Virus record (IMG/VR): IMGVR_UViG_3300025816_000007
Direction: 5' to 3' (one strand)
DNA from: an uncultured virus (IMG/VR IMGVR_UViG_3300025816_000007)
Lineage: Duplodnaviria > Heunggongvirae > Uroviricota > Caudoviricetes
DNA: 64,000 nt
Positions 47,101 through 56,912 of this stretch are shown piece by piece (the stretch's first letter is position 1; every line of letters starts with the position of its first letter). A program made the translations under genes and the position numbers. The notes under the pieces were generated by a model. That model saw only the letters and a list, made by a program, of their open reading frames with translations, had not been told where the DNA came from and did not search any database.

Positions 47101-47633
47101 ATGGTTACTTCATTTTCCCCTACTTTAAATCGTTGAAGCCTAATATCCCCTTCTTGGGAAATATATATCTGGTCTATACCCCCTAGTTCCTCTTCAACAT
47201 ATTTATATTCATCATCCGTTAGCAAACCAAACGCAACATCTCTGTCGAGATTATCTGTAATTTGGGTGTTATCATTCATCAAAGGATTTCTAAGTGCCCT
47301 ATATGAGAATAAATAGTGCCCCACAGTAATTCTATCCGAAGTTGGAAAAACTATTTCTCCCTTTTTGCTATTCACCAAATCATTTTTTACAGCATTTAGT
47401 CTTTGATATGCGACACTTTCATTTGTTGCTTCCTCTCCAATGTTTATAGCCATTAGATATTCTTGTACTATGAAATATGGTTTTCCTTTGACACCCGCCA
47501 TGTAATCTTCGTCTGCTATATCTTCTAATTTACAAAATATAATTTCATCCAAGGACGATAGGTGCATTTTTGCAGACTTCTGTAATTTCTCCTTAGCCGA
47601 TTCAATTAGTTCCGAGTCGGTTGGGTCTGCCAT
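44139..47633 (-). CDS. Large hypothetical, mostly helical protein (1164 aa)
   Basis: Long ORF; SD AGGTGA; Pro-rich linker near the C-terminus. Confidence 0.75.
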   Translation of the reverse strand: MADPTDSELIESAKEKLQKSAKMHLSSLDEIIFCKLEDIADEDYMAGVKGKPYFIVQEYLMAINIGEEATNESVAYQRLNAVKNDLVNSKKGEIVFPTSDRITVGHYLFSYRALRNPLMNDNTQITDNLDRDVAFGLLTDDEYKYVEEELGGIDQIYISQEGDIRLQRFKVGENEVTIFPAIEEKENELRYFSPKVWGDEPTPSFLKGKENKALIERFKLMKDLQPKDKEADNNKVISKESGMSPITKYYMMRYLGFYLSASKITDDALPKLRDNKLVLDRINISRQDDFDIETELRKILEGDLGDEKIDNKFPFDRLRTIYRYPDDWVEEALTQDIEDIEEPNPWDLDVKYGMLQKFFTILPTNQKTKFYDSVEEQIYSKMPTKKISLTHKPNDMKMVKESDEITIPFLNGSFAVAESMKVFAESDPSDSKKDRLKLRTNLGDKNSQQLITDGTLVNIPGWVILYSETNRKKSFLEAVLNIKFSQIFSVIGSVSSRFLHLSEGLNHVLDMILYIRNNEETLPIKESDLYDVLNTEYEAFVSTVGDTVSTTIIDDGAYTTVNLDRKKLIEGITKPDLLKKFEWFTRSAAVMPPEPEYNTEKDQSIEGVVESVEAIMAYTDSTGLQQNQLTRHNARAFNALGHVVEEMMINSAKRAVSTVEDTALTSDFDRVVMSLIGTNKNPGMAVFHSIVHYQYLFAIVTNPISRWESIDKDIFQQGAMLSLESFLTEPAKKTLLYLLNEKGFIDIGDFSDTSPKFFKVPVAPSVNVANFTGLMNGFSLIMISYYRLMFAQIRNRLVFERKTQTKGKVSKETADLSKYWRDMIADAERNTPSPALFGLVLRWFGQTGTVLEIPTWMPVSPAEMKSDAKMNKNDVLNYLKWSYSNNAVDLEAFSEVAAAYHAAKAMSYLETAKDIASGYADMVERFVEAVHEDMGHAFLFSILTNRNCPDPTKESPEAEKVIRISNIEAIQVRKEQERTKSESESEPKSGGGGTTGLNEAPPPPPATSPPSVQKNTLKFPSAKDLIIRLEGFFNNIGTDQNEIVKNISEARGAGQIIHSTATKLSQEIESVDGPQFAIHDVAPNRPLSKEAAKNAAKRALILFEAFVPPESGTPPGEKEIIDQLVQTNWQNAFTGFDTFGFNGFEEIGGITAMDVLQTLAGVTS

Positions 47634-47663
47634 TATAATTCACCTTGGACAATATCTTTTCGC

Positions 47664-47864
47664 CTACTTATCCATGGTCCTATTGATTGCCCCGTTCACT
47701 ACTTGGAAAACCAGTAGTTGCGAAGCTCCTAACACAGATGCGTAGAATAGAAAACGCAACGGGTTGGCAAATATACCAATCGGGCCATATACTGATTCTT
47801 CGGCAGTTTCCTTCATTGTCGAGTATAATTCTTTTGACTCACTTATAATATCAAATCTTCCCAT
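47664..47864 (-). CDS. Small membrane protein
   Basis: One TM helix; SD GAGGTGA. Confidence 0.65.
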   Translation of the reverse strand: MGRFDIISESKELYSTMKETAEESVYGPIGIFANPLRFLFYASVLGASQLLVFQVVNGAINRTMDK

Positions 47865-47873
47865 TTTATCACC

Positions 47874-48257
47874 TCATGCATAAATAACGAAATAGCCACC
47901 ATACAGTTTGCTGGTCGGTTTCAAACTGAATGCTTCAATCATCAACCCCATGCCCGTTAAAGTGTGAACATCTGCCATCTTCATTTTTTGAACGGGCTTG
48001 CTTGCGGCTACGAACTCGGAGAAATTTGTATGGATATCTTCTTTCAGATTTTCTCCCATTCTAATTGACACCTTCATACCATTACCAGCGTCCAATCCAA
48101 GATATTTTGCTAATTTTGCGGATAAATCCTTGCGGTCAAGTTTCAAAGCGAGCTTGCTGTTGTCAAGAACTTCCTCTAACTTTTCCTCGCCCATCGAACT
48201 GATATTTCTTTTGTAGTCGTTTTTCTTCACATGATATATTGTTATTCTTGAACCCAT
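47874..48257 (-). CDS. Hypothetical protein
   Basis: SD GAGGTGA overlapping the upstream stop. Confidence 0.65.
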   Translation of the reverse strand: MGSRITIYHVKKNDYKRNISSMGEEKLEEVLDNSKLALKLDRKDLSAKLAKYLGLDAGNGMKVSIRMGENLKEDIHTNFSEFVAASKPVQKMKMADVHTLTGMGLMIEAFSLKPTSKLYGGYFVIYA

Positions 48258-48266
48258 TTTATCACC

Positions 48267-48923
48267 TCAATGTACTAACCACTTTAGCGTCATGCTATCC
48301 GCAGTTCGATCTTCAATATCCCAATCCCCGCCAATCAACATGAGAACTGGCTTATACCCTGGGGGCGGTACTGTCACGTATAATCTTGGGCGTTCTTTTG
48401 TGATGTTTCCGTCATCGTCCTCGCCAAAGTGGTGAATGTATGTGTCCATTTCGCCCTTTTTATTTGTTTTACCGGACGTGTAGCCAATGAACGGGCAAGT
48501 TCCCTCTCCAATGGCTACTAACATGGAATGTGGCCCTCCTGAATCATCTGGAAGCCAAACCTCTTGTGTAATCATTTCCTTTGGATCTACACCGTTGAAT
48601 TCTTTGTACAATTTTATGGCGTGGTCGAAGTCTTTTTCTTCTTGTGTTGTGATTTTCTTAGACTTTGATTTCTTTCCTTTGATTGGGTTCAACTTTGCTT
48701 TGATTTTTGTCAAAGGCATCATCCACTTTCTAGTAATCGTCTTTGGCGCTTTGCCATCTTGAAAGTTCTTCACATCGCTATCCCAAGCTCTCAATCCCCT
48801 GCACAAAACTTCAAACATATTCAAGTCGTTTACTTTGTTTGAAGGCCCTGTCAAATGTACTTCAACAATATCATCTTCATCTTCATGGATTGTTAATTGC
48901 CAGGTTGAACGCTTCTTTGGCAT
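48267..48923 (-). CDS. Putative virion protein with internal NP motif
   Basis: KLNPIKGKK, then A.KLY.EF.G..P...IG...Y...YIHHF...RPRL...LIGG domain. Confidence 0.6.
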   Translation of the reverse strand: MPKKRSTWQLTIHEDEDDIVEVHLTGPSNKVNDLNMFEVLCRGLRAWDSDVKNFQDGKAPKTITRKWMMPLTKIKAKLNPIKGKKSKSKKITTQEEKDFDHAIKLYKEFNGVDPKEMITQEVWLPDDSGGPHSMLVAIGEGTCPFIGYTSGKTNKKGEMDTYIHHFGEDDDGNITKERPRLYVTVPPPGYKPVLMLIGGDWDIEDRTADSMTLKWLVH

Positions 48924-48926
48924 TGC

Positions 48927-51900
48927 TTACACCGCCTTGTATTTAGCCCCACAGCCTTTACATCGGTAGTGTGGGCCTTTGTTCATTTTAACAACTGTTC
49001 CTTTGCATTGGATACCAGAAATTATACGGATACACCTTTGGTTAGGTTTTGCGCTACCTTTTACCTTAGATGAAATAAATTTTCTTGCTTTATCTAATGT
49101 TGGCAGTGTTTTGTCATAGGCTTCTACATTCCACCCGTTCTCGACTTTCTTGATTATCACGCCTTTGTATTTACGCTCTTTTGAAGGATTATTCTTAATC
49201 ACCCCTGCTGGGTTCGGATTAATTTCGCTGACATTGTTTGGAACGATGTGCCCTGGGAAGAAAATGCTAACTAATACTTTCTCGCCCTCACGCCACAGGT
49301 AAACTGTTTCGCCCTCTTTGTTAGCTAATGCGACAGCGGCACTTTTCGCTAAGGTGTAAGAATCATAGGAGTCAGTTCTGCCTTCTTCCATTGGGTTGCT
49401 TTTTGGAGGGTTTTTCTTTTTTCCTCCAGATTCATTCCAAACTTCTGCGTTACCAAGTAAAACAATTATTGAGTTGCCTTGGCCGTATGTGAAAGGTTCT
49501 ATTCTAATATTCTTTAGAGTGTTGCCGCCCAATGCTTCTGCTTTCTTTCTAAGTTCTTCCATCAGCAGTTTTTGACACTGTGCAACCTTTTTCTCTATCG
49601 TTTTAGATCGGCCACCAATCAAGTCTCGGCCAACAGCCATGATATCTTTTAGGATATTAACACCCAATACTACTTCTGCAGTAATATGACCTACTTTACC
49701 AGATGGGGGATTTCTAAGTAATCTTCGCATACCCCCAAGTCTTTTTATTTGAAGGTCTTTTAACAAATCGTCTTTCTCTTTATCTTTTTTATCTTTATCT
49801 TGAAGGTCGACTTCCTTGTACGAAGCAATTTCCTTCACTGTATCAAAATCAAGGCCAAATAAGTTATCATCTATCATCAAAGCATCATAAACCTCATCTT
49901 TGACGGGCTGTACCCCCGTCAAATCTTTGTAATTTTCGACTGCTTCCAAAATTTGTAAATAATATTTTTCAACATCGTTCGTTTTGCCTGGTTCTCCAAA
50001 TCGGAATGAATCATCAGCCACGTTCTCGACTAGGGTTTTACTTAGTTGTTCAATCTGCCCTTTGAAATCCGATGCGTGGTCTTCCATCTTTTTAGTGGCA
50101 CCATTGATTTCCTTTTCTTCTTCATTGCCAAAATTACTTTGAGCAACATCGTCCAACATGCGAGATAATATACTTACTAATATATTTGTAGCATTCAGGA
50201 ATTCACCCCCATTCTTTTTGATTTCTTCTTCTGCTTGGCTTTGTTCTAGTTTTGTCTTTTTTAGTTCAAGCATAAGGTTTGCTATTTGGGGTTTTTCACC
50301 AACACTCCTTTTCATTTCTTCTGTTGTACTATCTCGAATCAATGTCTTTAAACTCCTCAAAGGTGTTTTTCCCCCCTCTGTGTAAGGCAAGATTGAACGG
50401 GCTCTTCTACTGGCTGTTCGCTGGTCGGTCAATAGTAGTGCAAGAATAGTCATTTGAACTACATCAATGTCGTAATTGAAAAGTTCTTTTGCACGTGCAG
50501 ATATAAGATACAATAAATCTGATAGGATTACTTGCCTATTTTTCCCATATATCATATCCCAATATTCATCGACTATTTTCATAGTTGCTATCATCCATCT
50601 TCGATCCCAACCAATCGGCTTGATTTCAAAAGCTGGCAGTTGAATAGGAATCAGTAGGAAAAGGCTCTTGTCTACTCTTTTGGCTGTCGGGATAATTGGA
50701 TACGCTAGGCCGTTTTTAACCAAGTATTCAACCAATATGTCCTGATTATTCCTTTTTCCCTCAGTACCAGGAATGGGTGTCAACACTCCATCATCTATTT
50801 CGAATATATTTCTATCGGGGTCAATTCTTTCTGTGTATTTCATCGTTGTTGTCATTCGGGTAAAAATTTGTTCTAGTTCTTTGCCATCAAAATTAGCACC
50901 ACTAGCAGGTGTCTTAATTGCTTCATTATATGAGTCTATGAAATCTCCGCCCGTCTTGATAGCCTTTAGCGCAGCATTTTCCAATGCTTTAGCGGCTTCC
51001 CGCCTATTGAAATCAAATGTTGCCAGGAATCTGCCGATTTGTTGTTGTTTTTCTGTTGCTTTTAGCACCTTTCTGTCTTCTTTATAGTTTAGGAGATTTC
51101 TCACAAATTCATCTATATATGAACTAATATCTTGAACATTCAAGGCTTCTTTGGTATCGTAAATCAAGTATGCTGTCGCCCCATTAAGAATATTGTCTGG
51201 TGTCGGCAACATAGAATTGGTGAATAATTCGGCATCTTTTACAGCGGACATTCCTGTCATGATTGATTGCATGTAATGTAGGTTGTTTTCTCTTACATCA
51301 TGGTACGCCCTAATCATGTTAGAAAAGTTAGCAATCAAAGTCGGGTCATTGAAGAAGGGTTTTGCTTGCAACCTTTCCAATAGACGCTTTTTGTTTTCAC
51401 CTTCCGCATCAATTCCTAAATCCCCAAGTGCTTGTTTCACGGTTGCAGATAGTTTTTTCTTGGCTGCCTCTTCTATGCCTTGACCCCCAGTTGGCAATGA
51501 ACCGACTATATTTGCTGCCAATAGCCTAGATTCTGGTTCCATGTGAGGCACACGTATTTTTGAACTCAAACCTACTTGTGTTTTCAATGATTCTTGCAAA
51601 GCTACCTCCCTTGGAGTCAAATTAAGCATTTTCCCATACATAGCATCGGGAATAGAATCCTGAATGTACTTATCTAGTTCTTTCACTGGACTTTTGACGG
51701 CCAAGGGAATAGTTGGCGCTGGAGACCTCCTAGTAAATCTTCCAGCATTCCTCCCTTCTCTGATTGTAATGTGTTGGTCTTGTCTGCTTTGAATCAATTC
51801 ATTAACAAGAACGCTAATGTCTTTTGAATAAGAAGCTGAATTCAGCCCTAGTGCTTTACCCTCCTCTGTCAAAATTCTTTGAATCCTCCTCATTGTATCT

Positions 51901-51944
51901 CGGCGGTTTTCACCATTTATGTATTCTATTTTTATAGTTTTCAA
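48927..51944 (-). CDS. 1005-aa protein with NPP-flanked YbjQ (UPF0145)-like domain
   Basis: RNPP-SGKVGHITAEVVLGVNILKDIMAVGRDLIGGRSK..E..KAEALGGN-KKNPP; further NP-separated small modules. Confidence 0.75.
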   Translation of the reverse strand: MKTIKIEYINGENRRDTMRRIQRILTEEGKALGLNSASYSKDISVLVNELIQSRQDQHITIREGRNAGRFTRRSPAPTIPLAVKSPVKELDKYIQDSIPDAMYGKMLNLTPREVALQESLKTQVGLSSKIRVPHMEPESRLLAANIVGSLPTGGQGIEEAAKKKLSATVKQALGDLGIDAEGENKKRLLERLQAKPFFNDPTLIANFSNMIRAYHDVRENNLHYMQSIMTGMSAVKDAELFTNSMLPTPDNILNGATAYLIYDTKEALNVQDISSYIDEFVRNLLNYKEDRKVLKATEKQQQIGRFLATFDFNRREAAKALENAALKAIKTGGDFIDSYNEAIKTPASGANFDGKELEQIFTRMTTTMKYTERIDPDRNIFEIDDGVLTPIPGTEGKRNNQDILVEYLVKNGLAYPIIPTAKRVDKSLFLLIPIQLPAFEIKPIGWDRRWMIATMKIVDEYWDMIYGKNRQVILSDLLYLISARAKELFNYDIDVVQMTILALLLTDQRTASRRARSILPYTEGGKTPLRSLKTLIRDSTTEEMKRSVGEKPQIANLMLELKKTKLEQSQAEEEIKKNGGEFLNATNILVSILSRMLDDVAQSNFGNEEEKEINGATKKMEDHASDFKGQIEQLSKTLVENVADDSFRFGEPGKTNDVEKYYLQILEAVENYKDLTGVQPVKDEVYDALMIDDNLFGLDFDTVKEIASYKEVDLQDKDKKDKEKDDLLKDLQIKRLGGMRRLLRNPPSGKVGHITAEVVLGVNILKDIMAVGRDLIGGRSKTIEKKVAQCQKLLMEELRKKAEALGGNTLKNIRIEPFTYGQGNSIIVLLGNAEVWNESGGKKKNPPKSNPMEEGRTDSYDSYTLAKSAAVALANKEGETVYLWREGEKVLVSIFFPGHIVPNNVSEINPNPAGVIKNNPSKERKYKGVIIKKVENGWNVEAYDKTLPTLDKARKFISSKVKGSAKPNQRCIRIISGIQCKGTVVKMNKGPHYRCKGCGAKYKAV

Positions 51945-54214
51945 GACGATACCTCCATTTCAACAGATGTTCCAGTTGGAGTGATTGCTTGGTAAATGAT
52001 TTGTCCATCGTTTTTTACTCTTGAAGGGTGGGCGTTGGTTGAATATTCACTGCCAGCTTCAAATCCTTTAGTTTCGTAAAGGTGGTGCATCCCGTGGTCC
52101 ACCGAGGTTCTAGGACCGATATTTTTGTCTCCCTTTTTCCGCTGTGAAGGATAAACCGCATACCCTCCACCTGGTTGCTTTCTTTTGTAAACAATTTTTC
52201 CGAAATCATTCTCAATTTCTTTCAGTAACAATTCAATAGACTCTTTACTGCTACCTTTCTTAGGTAACAAATCTTCACCACGTTTTCGAAGTATGATTTT
52301 TGGGATTACCAATCTAAATGGAACCAGTTCGTTGTTGTCTTTTCTTTTGGCATAGATCATACGCATGTTCGCTTTACCTTTTTTCATATCCGCCCATGTG
52401 CCTTTTTTCTTTAAGTCTGCAATCGCTTCTTTCTCACTTGAATATTCTTTTCCACGCCAAACCCATACAGGCTTTCGCCCTTTTCTTTGCCTCTTTATTG
52501 GATAACCTCTTGCATAGTCATTCCAAAGTTCTCTTAGCAGGCCTGTCTCGTCCTGTTTTGCTTTGTTTTTGTACCAGTCTGCTTTGTCTACTGCCGTTGA
52601 CAACCTCACATGACTTGATGGCAACAAATCAATACCCACCATTTGACCTAGGGAGACTTTTTTTTTAGACGGTTTTTTGGATGCCCTTCTGCGAGCAGAT
52701 AAGTCCATGTCTTGCAATTCAAATTCTCCGCTTACATCTTCATCTTCTGAATCAATTACGGCTATGTCTTTTTCTATTTCTTGGTCGGTATCAGTGTATG
52801 ATTCGTAAATCAAATCGACATCAACCTGCAGCATTGCAAAATGTTCGTCTTTTACCCCATATTCCTTAGTTGGTTTAGTTATAGAAACTGTCAATAAACC
52901 AATAGGTAGCAGATTTTGAATGCCGTTTGACATTATCCCGTGGACTAAGAATTTTAATACTGGCTTATCATTTTTTGCGAATGCCGTAGTTAGTCCTGTT
53001 TTTATGTTGTTATTACTCAAAACCTCGCCTGTTGCAAATTGATTATTGCCCCCGTACCAGGCCGCACCAAACAATGCAAGCCAATCTGTTGTTGTAAAGA
53101 GTGAATCGGCCTTTTTCGAGTTGGAATTGTAAGTTACAAATGTTTTGAGGCCGCTTGTACCTGAACCGCTTTTTGATTTCGGTTTCAAATTAAAGACCGT
53201 TAAATTTTTCTCTTTGCTAAGAGTGTACCCAAACCCGTTACGGCTTGCAGTCCTTTGCACAGCTCTTGCTGCATCAGACATACTTTGAATGCTTTCAGCG
53301 ATGAACCTCGTGTCTAAAGATATCATTATAGGAGTAGGGGTGCCTTTTACGCCACCTGCGCCAGCAATTGCTGAGGCAGTTCCGATGAATATGTTATTGA
53401 CATTGTTTGCAAACGCGCCAGTACCTAGCTCATATTCCTCTTGCAATTCTTGAAGATTCTCCACCGCTTTTCCAAAATCCCCTCTTTCGAAAAAGCTAAC
53501 GGCTCTTTGGGCTATTTGGAACGCCTCTAAGAGAACTGAACCAATGTCTTTAGATTTCGCCATTTTGCGTAATCCGGTGGTTGATGTAGTCAATGCAAGT
53601 TTTAGTTGCTCTATTGCACCCCTTTTTACTATTGAACGGAGATTCGTCAAGGTTTCAAAGTCTGCCGGAGTCATGGACACTTTTTCACCCAAAATCTGTT
53701 CAACTAATGATGGATCGTCTGCAAAGATTTGTGTAAAGTTGTACCTGTTGTAATTGACTTGAGGTAGCATATTGAGAATCATTGCGTGAACTCCTACCAT
53801 GTCTTTCAAGGATTTTGTTTCAGGCATTTTTTTCAGCATCTTACTCAAAAATGAATTCCATCTGTTTTCTTGAGGCATTGGTACGCCACCAGTAAGCATT
53901 GTTGGTTGCTTACGGACATATTCATTCTTATCTCCGCCCAGCATCATAAACACTAGTAGGTCTCCCATCATCAGCGCCCTATCAATTGGGTAGCCTTGGG
54001 GAATGTTGGATAAGTAATCATTCAAACCTAGATCGTCATTCACCCACTCATTTAAGAATTGTATCAATTGAACCCTAGTCAACATCGGCACGTTTCGATA
54101 GTCTGACAATTCCTCAAGTTCTTTCTTAGATAGTTTCGCCAGAATGTCAAGAACCTCATTCAAGGTTGGATATTTACTTGGGTTGTCAAATTCCATCGTC
54201 GGAGCCCCCTTCAA
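51941..54214 (-). CDS. Large hypothetical protein
   Basis: 757-aa ORF; basic C-terminal region. Confidence 0.7.
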   Translation of the reverse strand: MKGAPTMEFDNPSKYPTLNEVLDILAKLSKKELEELSDYRNVPMLTRVQLIQFLNEWVNDDLGLNDYLSNIPQGYPIDRALMMGDLLVFMMLGGDKNEYVRKQPTMLTGGVPMPQENRWNSFLSKMLKKMPETKSLKDMVGVHAMILNMLPQVNYNRYNFTQIFADDPSLVEQILGEKVSMTPADFETLTNLRSIVKRGAIEQLKLALTTSTTGLRKMAKSKDIGSVLLEAFQIAQRAVSFFERGDFGKAVENLQELQEEYELGTGAFANNVNNIFIGTASAIAGAGGVKGTPTPIMISLDTRFIAESIQSMSDAARAVQRTASRNGFGYTLSKEKNLTVFNLKPKSKSGSGTSGLKTFVTYNSNSKKADSLFTTTDWLALFGAAWYGGNNQFATGEVLSNNNIKTGLTTAFAKNDKPVLKFLVHGIMSNGIQNLLPIGLLTVSITKPTKEYGVKDEHFAMLQVDVDLIYESYTDTDQEIEKDIAVIDSEDEDVSGEFELQDMDLSARRRASKKPSKKKVSLGQMVGIDLLPSSHVRLSTAVDKADWYKNKAKQDETGLLRELWNDYARGYPIKRQRKGRKPVWVWRGKEYSSEKEAIADLKKKGTWADMKKGKANMRMIYAKRKDNNELVPFRLVIPKIILRKRGEDLLPKKGSSKESIELLLKEIENDFGKIVYKRKQPGGGYAVYPSQRKKGDKNIGPRTSVDHGMHHLYETKGFEAGSEYSTNAHPSRVKNDGQIIYQAITPTGTSVEMEVSS

Positions 54215-55602
54215 CCTAGAAATCCTTCTTGGTTCCCATTACCGGTACCGACAAATGGTTCTTGTATAGATGCATAACTTGAAGTCGACTTGCTTTTGTA
54301 ATGCGCTTTCACGGCTTGCGACCCTAGATATGCGAGTCCCGCTACTATTGATACTTGGACAATCTTACTAGAAGCAAGATGACCTAATGCTCCTGTGGCA
54401 CCTAAGTTACTACTACTACCTTTCAACATATTGTAGTTTGTACCTGCAGTTTTGTGATTCACCATTGGGCTTGGGTTTGCTTTTCCAAACAATGCTTTGT
54501 TTCTTCTAAATTGTTCAAACTTTGTACTCATTGAATCGTTGCGATAAACATCTGCTGGGTTAATGAATTTAGCGATATTATTGTTATCAGAAGGAATTAC
54601 TGTGGGCTCCTCCAAATTGTTATTTTCGGGAAAAACAAATGCTGGGTACGCATGCACAGGAACTCCTTGCCCTCTGTGCTTGGGTACAGTCTGCATAATT
54701 CTGTTTTCTACAGTAACCACACGTATTCCATCGCCAGTTCTTCCAGTTCGCCCAAGTGTTTTTGAGAAATTCTTGTAAGTTGGGTCAAATGTAGTTGAGA
54801 TTCCAGCCAATGCAAACTTATCTTCTTGAGTAGATAGGAGAGTTGATGCCTTTCTTAGAACACGGTCCATTTCATTGAAGATTTCATTTGGAGAGTTCTT
54901 GAATAGTTCAAGTGAATTAATTTGTCCGTCAAATAAGGAGTTGTTGCGCCCAATCAAATTCTCTATTTGGTTATGTATGTGCGTCGGCATTGTTCCCGAT
55001 TTTTGCCCAGCTTTGGATTGGCTCAAAATCATCGATCTAGTGGTTTCACGCTTTGCTAATTCTTTTCGTCCAAAGTTAATTTTGGTATCGCTAGTCATGC
55101 CTTTTAGTATGCCTTCAACATTTTTTAGATGAATTCCCGCTTCTAGTGAGTGAGTGGATTTTTCTTCTTGGGTGCCAAACGGTGGTAGGTGGGACAAAAA
55201 ACGGTCTCTTTCGCGCTCAAGATTCAGCATTTCAAGTTGACTTAAACTACTGATGGTGTTTGCATATTGCTCCATCAATGTATTCCATCCATCGATGTAA
55301 GCTATTTTGATTTCCTCAAAATTTACTTGGCCTGTCGAAGATGAGCCCAAAAGAAACAATTGCTCTTTACTGTTTTTTTCTAATGACAATGACGCCATCA
55401 CATCTTCTATTTCACCCCTAATGTCCAGCCATGAGGAATTCGCCGCTAATGGCGATAAAGATTTTGAATCCTCCGCCCATACCGCTGTCATAGCTTCAAC
55501 GACAGCCAATTTATCAGTGCCCATGTATTCTGTGACACCGTATTTTTTAGCCAAGTTTCTGAGTTCTCCTTTCTTCTCTTGGTGTTGACTTGAGTCCGCC
55601 AT
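54211..55602 (-). CDS. Hypothetical protein with C-terminal TM helix
   Basis: GKANPS and NLGATGALG motifs before the TM helix. Confidence 0.7.
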   Translation of the reverse strand: MADSSQHQEKKGELRNLAKKYGVTEYMGTDKLAVVEAMTAVWAEDSKSLSPLAANSSWLDIRGEIEDVMASLSLEKNSKEQLFLLGSSSTGQVNFEEIKIAYIDGWNTLMEQYANTISSLSQLEMLNLERERDRFLSHLPPFGTQEEKSTHSLEAGIHLKNVEGILKGMTSDTKINFGRKELAKRETTRSMILSQSKAGQKSGTMPTHIHNQIENLIGRNNSLFDGQINSLELFKNSPNEIFNEMDRVLRKASTLLSTQEDKFALAGISTTFDPTYKNFSKTLGRTGRTGDGIRVVTVENRIMQTVPKHRGQGVPVHAYPAFVFPENNNLEEPTVIPSDNNNIAKFINPADVYRNDSMSTKFEQFRRNKALFGKANPSPMVNHKTAGTNYNMLKGSSSNLGATGALGHLASSKIVQVSIVAGLAYLGSQAVKAHYKSKSTSSYASIQEPFVGTGNGNQEGFLG

Positions 55603-55622
55603 GATTACCCCATAGAGGCATA

Positions 55623-55660
55623 GGGTTTAATTGAAACCCGTTCCACCGTTCCGTTGGAAC
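55623..55660. terminator. Two adjacent intergenic hairpins (possible terminator or operator)
   Basis: GGGTTT-N5-AAACCC and GTTCCA-N9-TGGAAC. Confidence 0.4.
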
Positions 55661-55690
55661 CATTTATGAAGTGAATCTATTGGGTGAAGT

Positions 55691-56461
55691 CTAGCTCTTT
55701 ACGATAGTTTTCGTCAAGTCTTTCGCTGCACTTCCGACAGCCGCTACAAATTCCAAGCTACTAGCCATAATTGTTGTACCAAGCTTAACGCCGGTGCGAA
55801 TTAGGGAAGGCCCCCAATAAGGGGCAAGTATGAATACGGGGATTGCTGCAATAGCAACTGGCGCTACTGCGCCCACTCCCAAAAGTGGATCACCCCAACC
55901 TCGAAACCCTGGTAGTGCAGCAACCCTGTCTAATTTTCTTCCCATCAACCAGCCTATGAAATCTTGTCCTGGGAAAGATATTGGTTCATTTCCAAGGTCA
56001 ACAACAGTGTATCTTTTTCCCTCATCAGTCATAAACGGCCAAGCCACTGTTGGATAATATAACGAAAATGGCGCAGGGATGGGCATTTCCTCATCTTCAT
56101 TGATGACGATATTACCTGCAGTCAGAGGTAGATCGCCAGTTGCTAAGTTCATTCCAATGGCTTGTGGGTTAATCGGTGCTTGCCTAGCATTTGGATTACT
56201 AGTAGGGAAGAGTGTAACTGTTTGCTTGATATTGTCGCTTCCTACGGTCTTGTATTCATCTAATTCTCTAAAATCCATAAGGTCTTTAATTTTCCCTGAA
56301 AACTCGCTTGGAGTCGCCAATGCATCTGGAATAAGAAGATCTGTTTTTCGCCCGATTTGATTTGCTATTTCGTTAGGACTGCTTGCTCGACCTGCTTTCG
56401 GCTGAATAGAGTTGAACACGCCCGTTGCCTTGCTTAAATCAAAAAGCGGAGGCGTTGTCAA
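55691..56461 (-). CDS. Membrane protein
   Basis: Hydrophobic C-terminal segments. Confidence 0.65.
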   Translation of the reverse strand: MTTPPLFDLSKATGVFNSIQPKAGRASSPNEIANQIGRKTDLLIPDALATPSEFSGKIKDLMDFRELDEYKTVGSDNIKQTVTLFPTSNPNARQAPINPQAIGMNLATGDLPLTAGNIVINEDEEMPIPAPFSLYYPTVAWPFMTDEGKRYTVVDLGNEPISFPGQDFIGWLMGRKLDRVAALPGFRGWGDPLLGVGAVAPVAIAAIPVFILAPYWGPSLIRTGVKLGTTIMASSLEFVAAVGSAAKDLTKTIVKS

Positions 56462-56467
56462 GTACCA

Positions 56468-56902
56468 TCACCACTTACCAGCAGATTTCATGACAAAGTT
56501 GCCGCCCACAGCGATTAAGATTGCCCCTAGCACTCCTTTTGGAACTGATGCGTCGTTTAGACCAGATGAAAATACACTGCCTCCCACAGATGCTACTACA
56601 ACTCCTGTCAAGGCTCCGCCTTGCTGGAGAATTTTTCCTAATTTTTTGTTTTTACTACCTTTATTAAGTGCAACAGTTCCTAATATTCCGACTGCCAATG
56701 TTGCTAATGCTGCAGTTTGAGTTGAAGTAGCCCCAAACGTGTAACCTAGTTTAGATTGTTGATAATTAGCTACATTTGCTATGTGAGAACGGGCTTGGGT
56801 CAGTTTGCTTTTCGCCCATTCCGGCAAGGATGGGCCTCTCGGCATTGCTTGTTGCATCCTTGCAGTATTAGTTTGCAATCTGTTAAGATCGTATTTCACC
56901 AT
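56468..56902 (-). CDS. Membrane protein with N-terminal LPEW module
   Basis: LPEWAKSKLTQA..I..VANY, then KLGYTFGA and 3 TM segments. Confidence 0.65.
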   Translation of the reverse strand: MVKYDLNRLQTNTARMQQAMPRGPSLPEWAKSKLTQARSHIANVANYQQSKLGYTFGATSTQTAALATLAVGILGTVALNKGSKNKKLGKILQQGGALTGVVVASVGGSVFSSGLNDASVPKGVLGAILIAVGGNFVMKSAGKW

Positions 56903-56912
56903 GTAATTAGGA

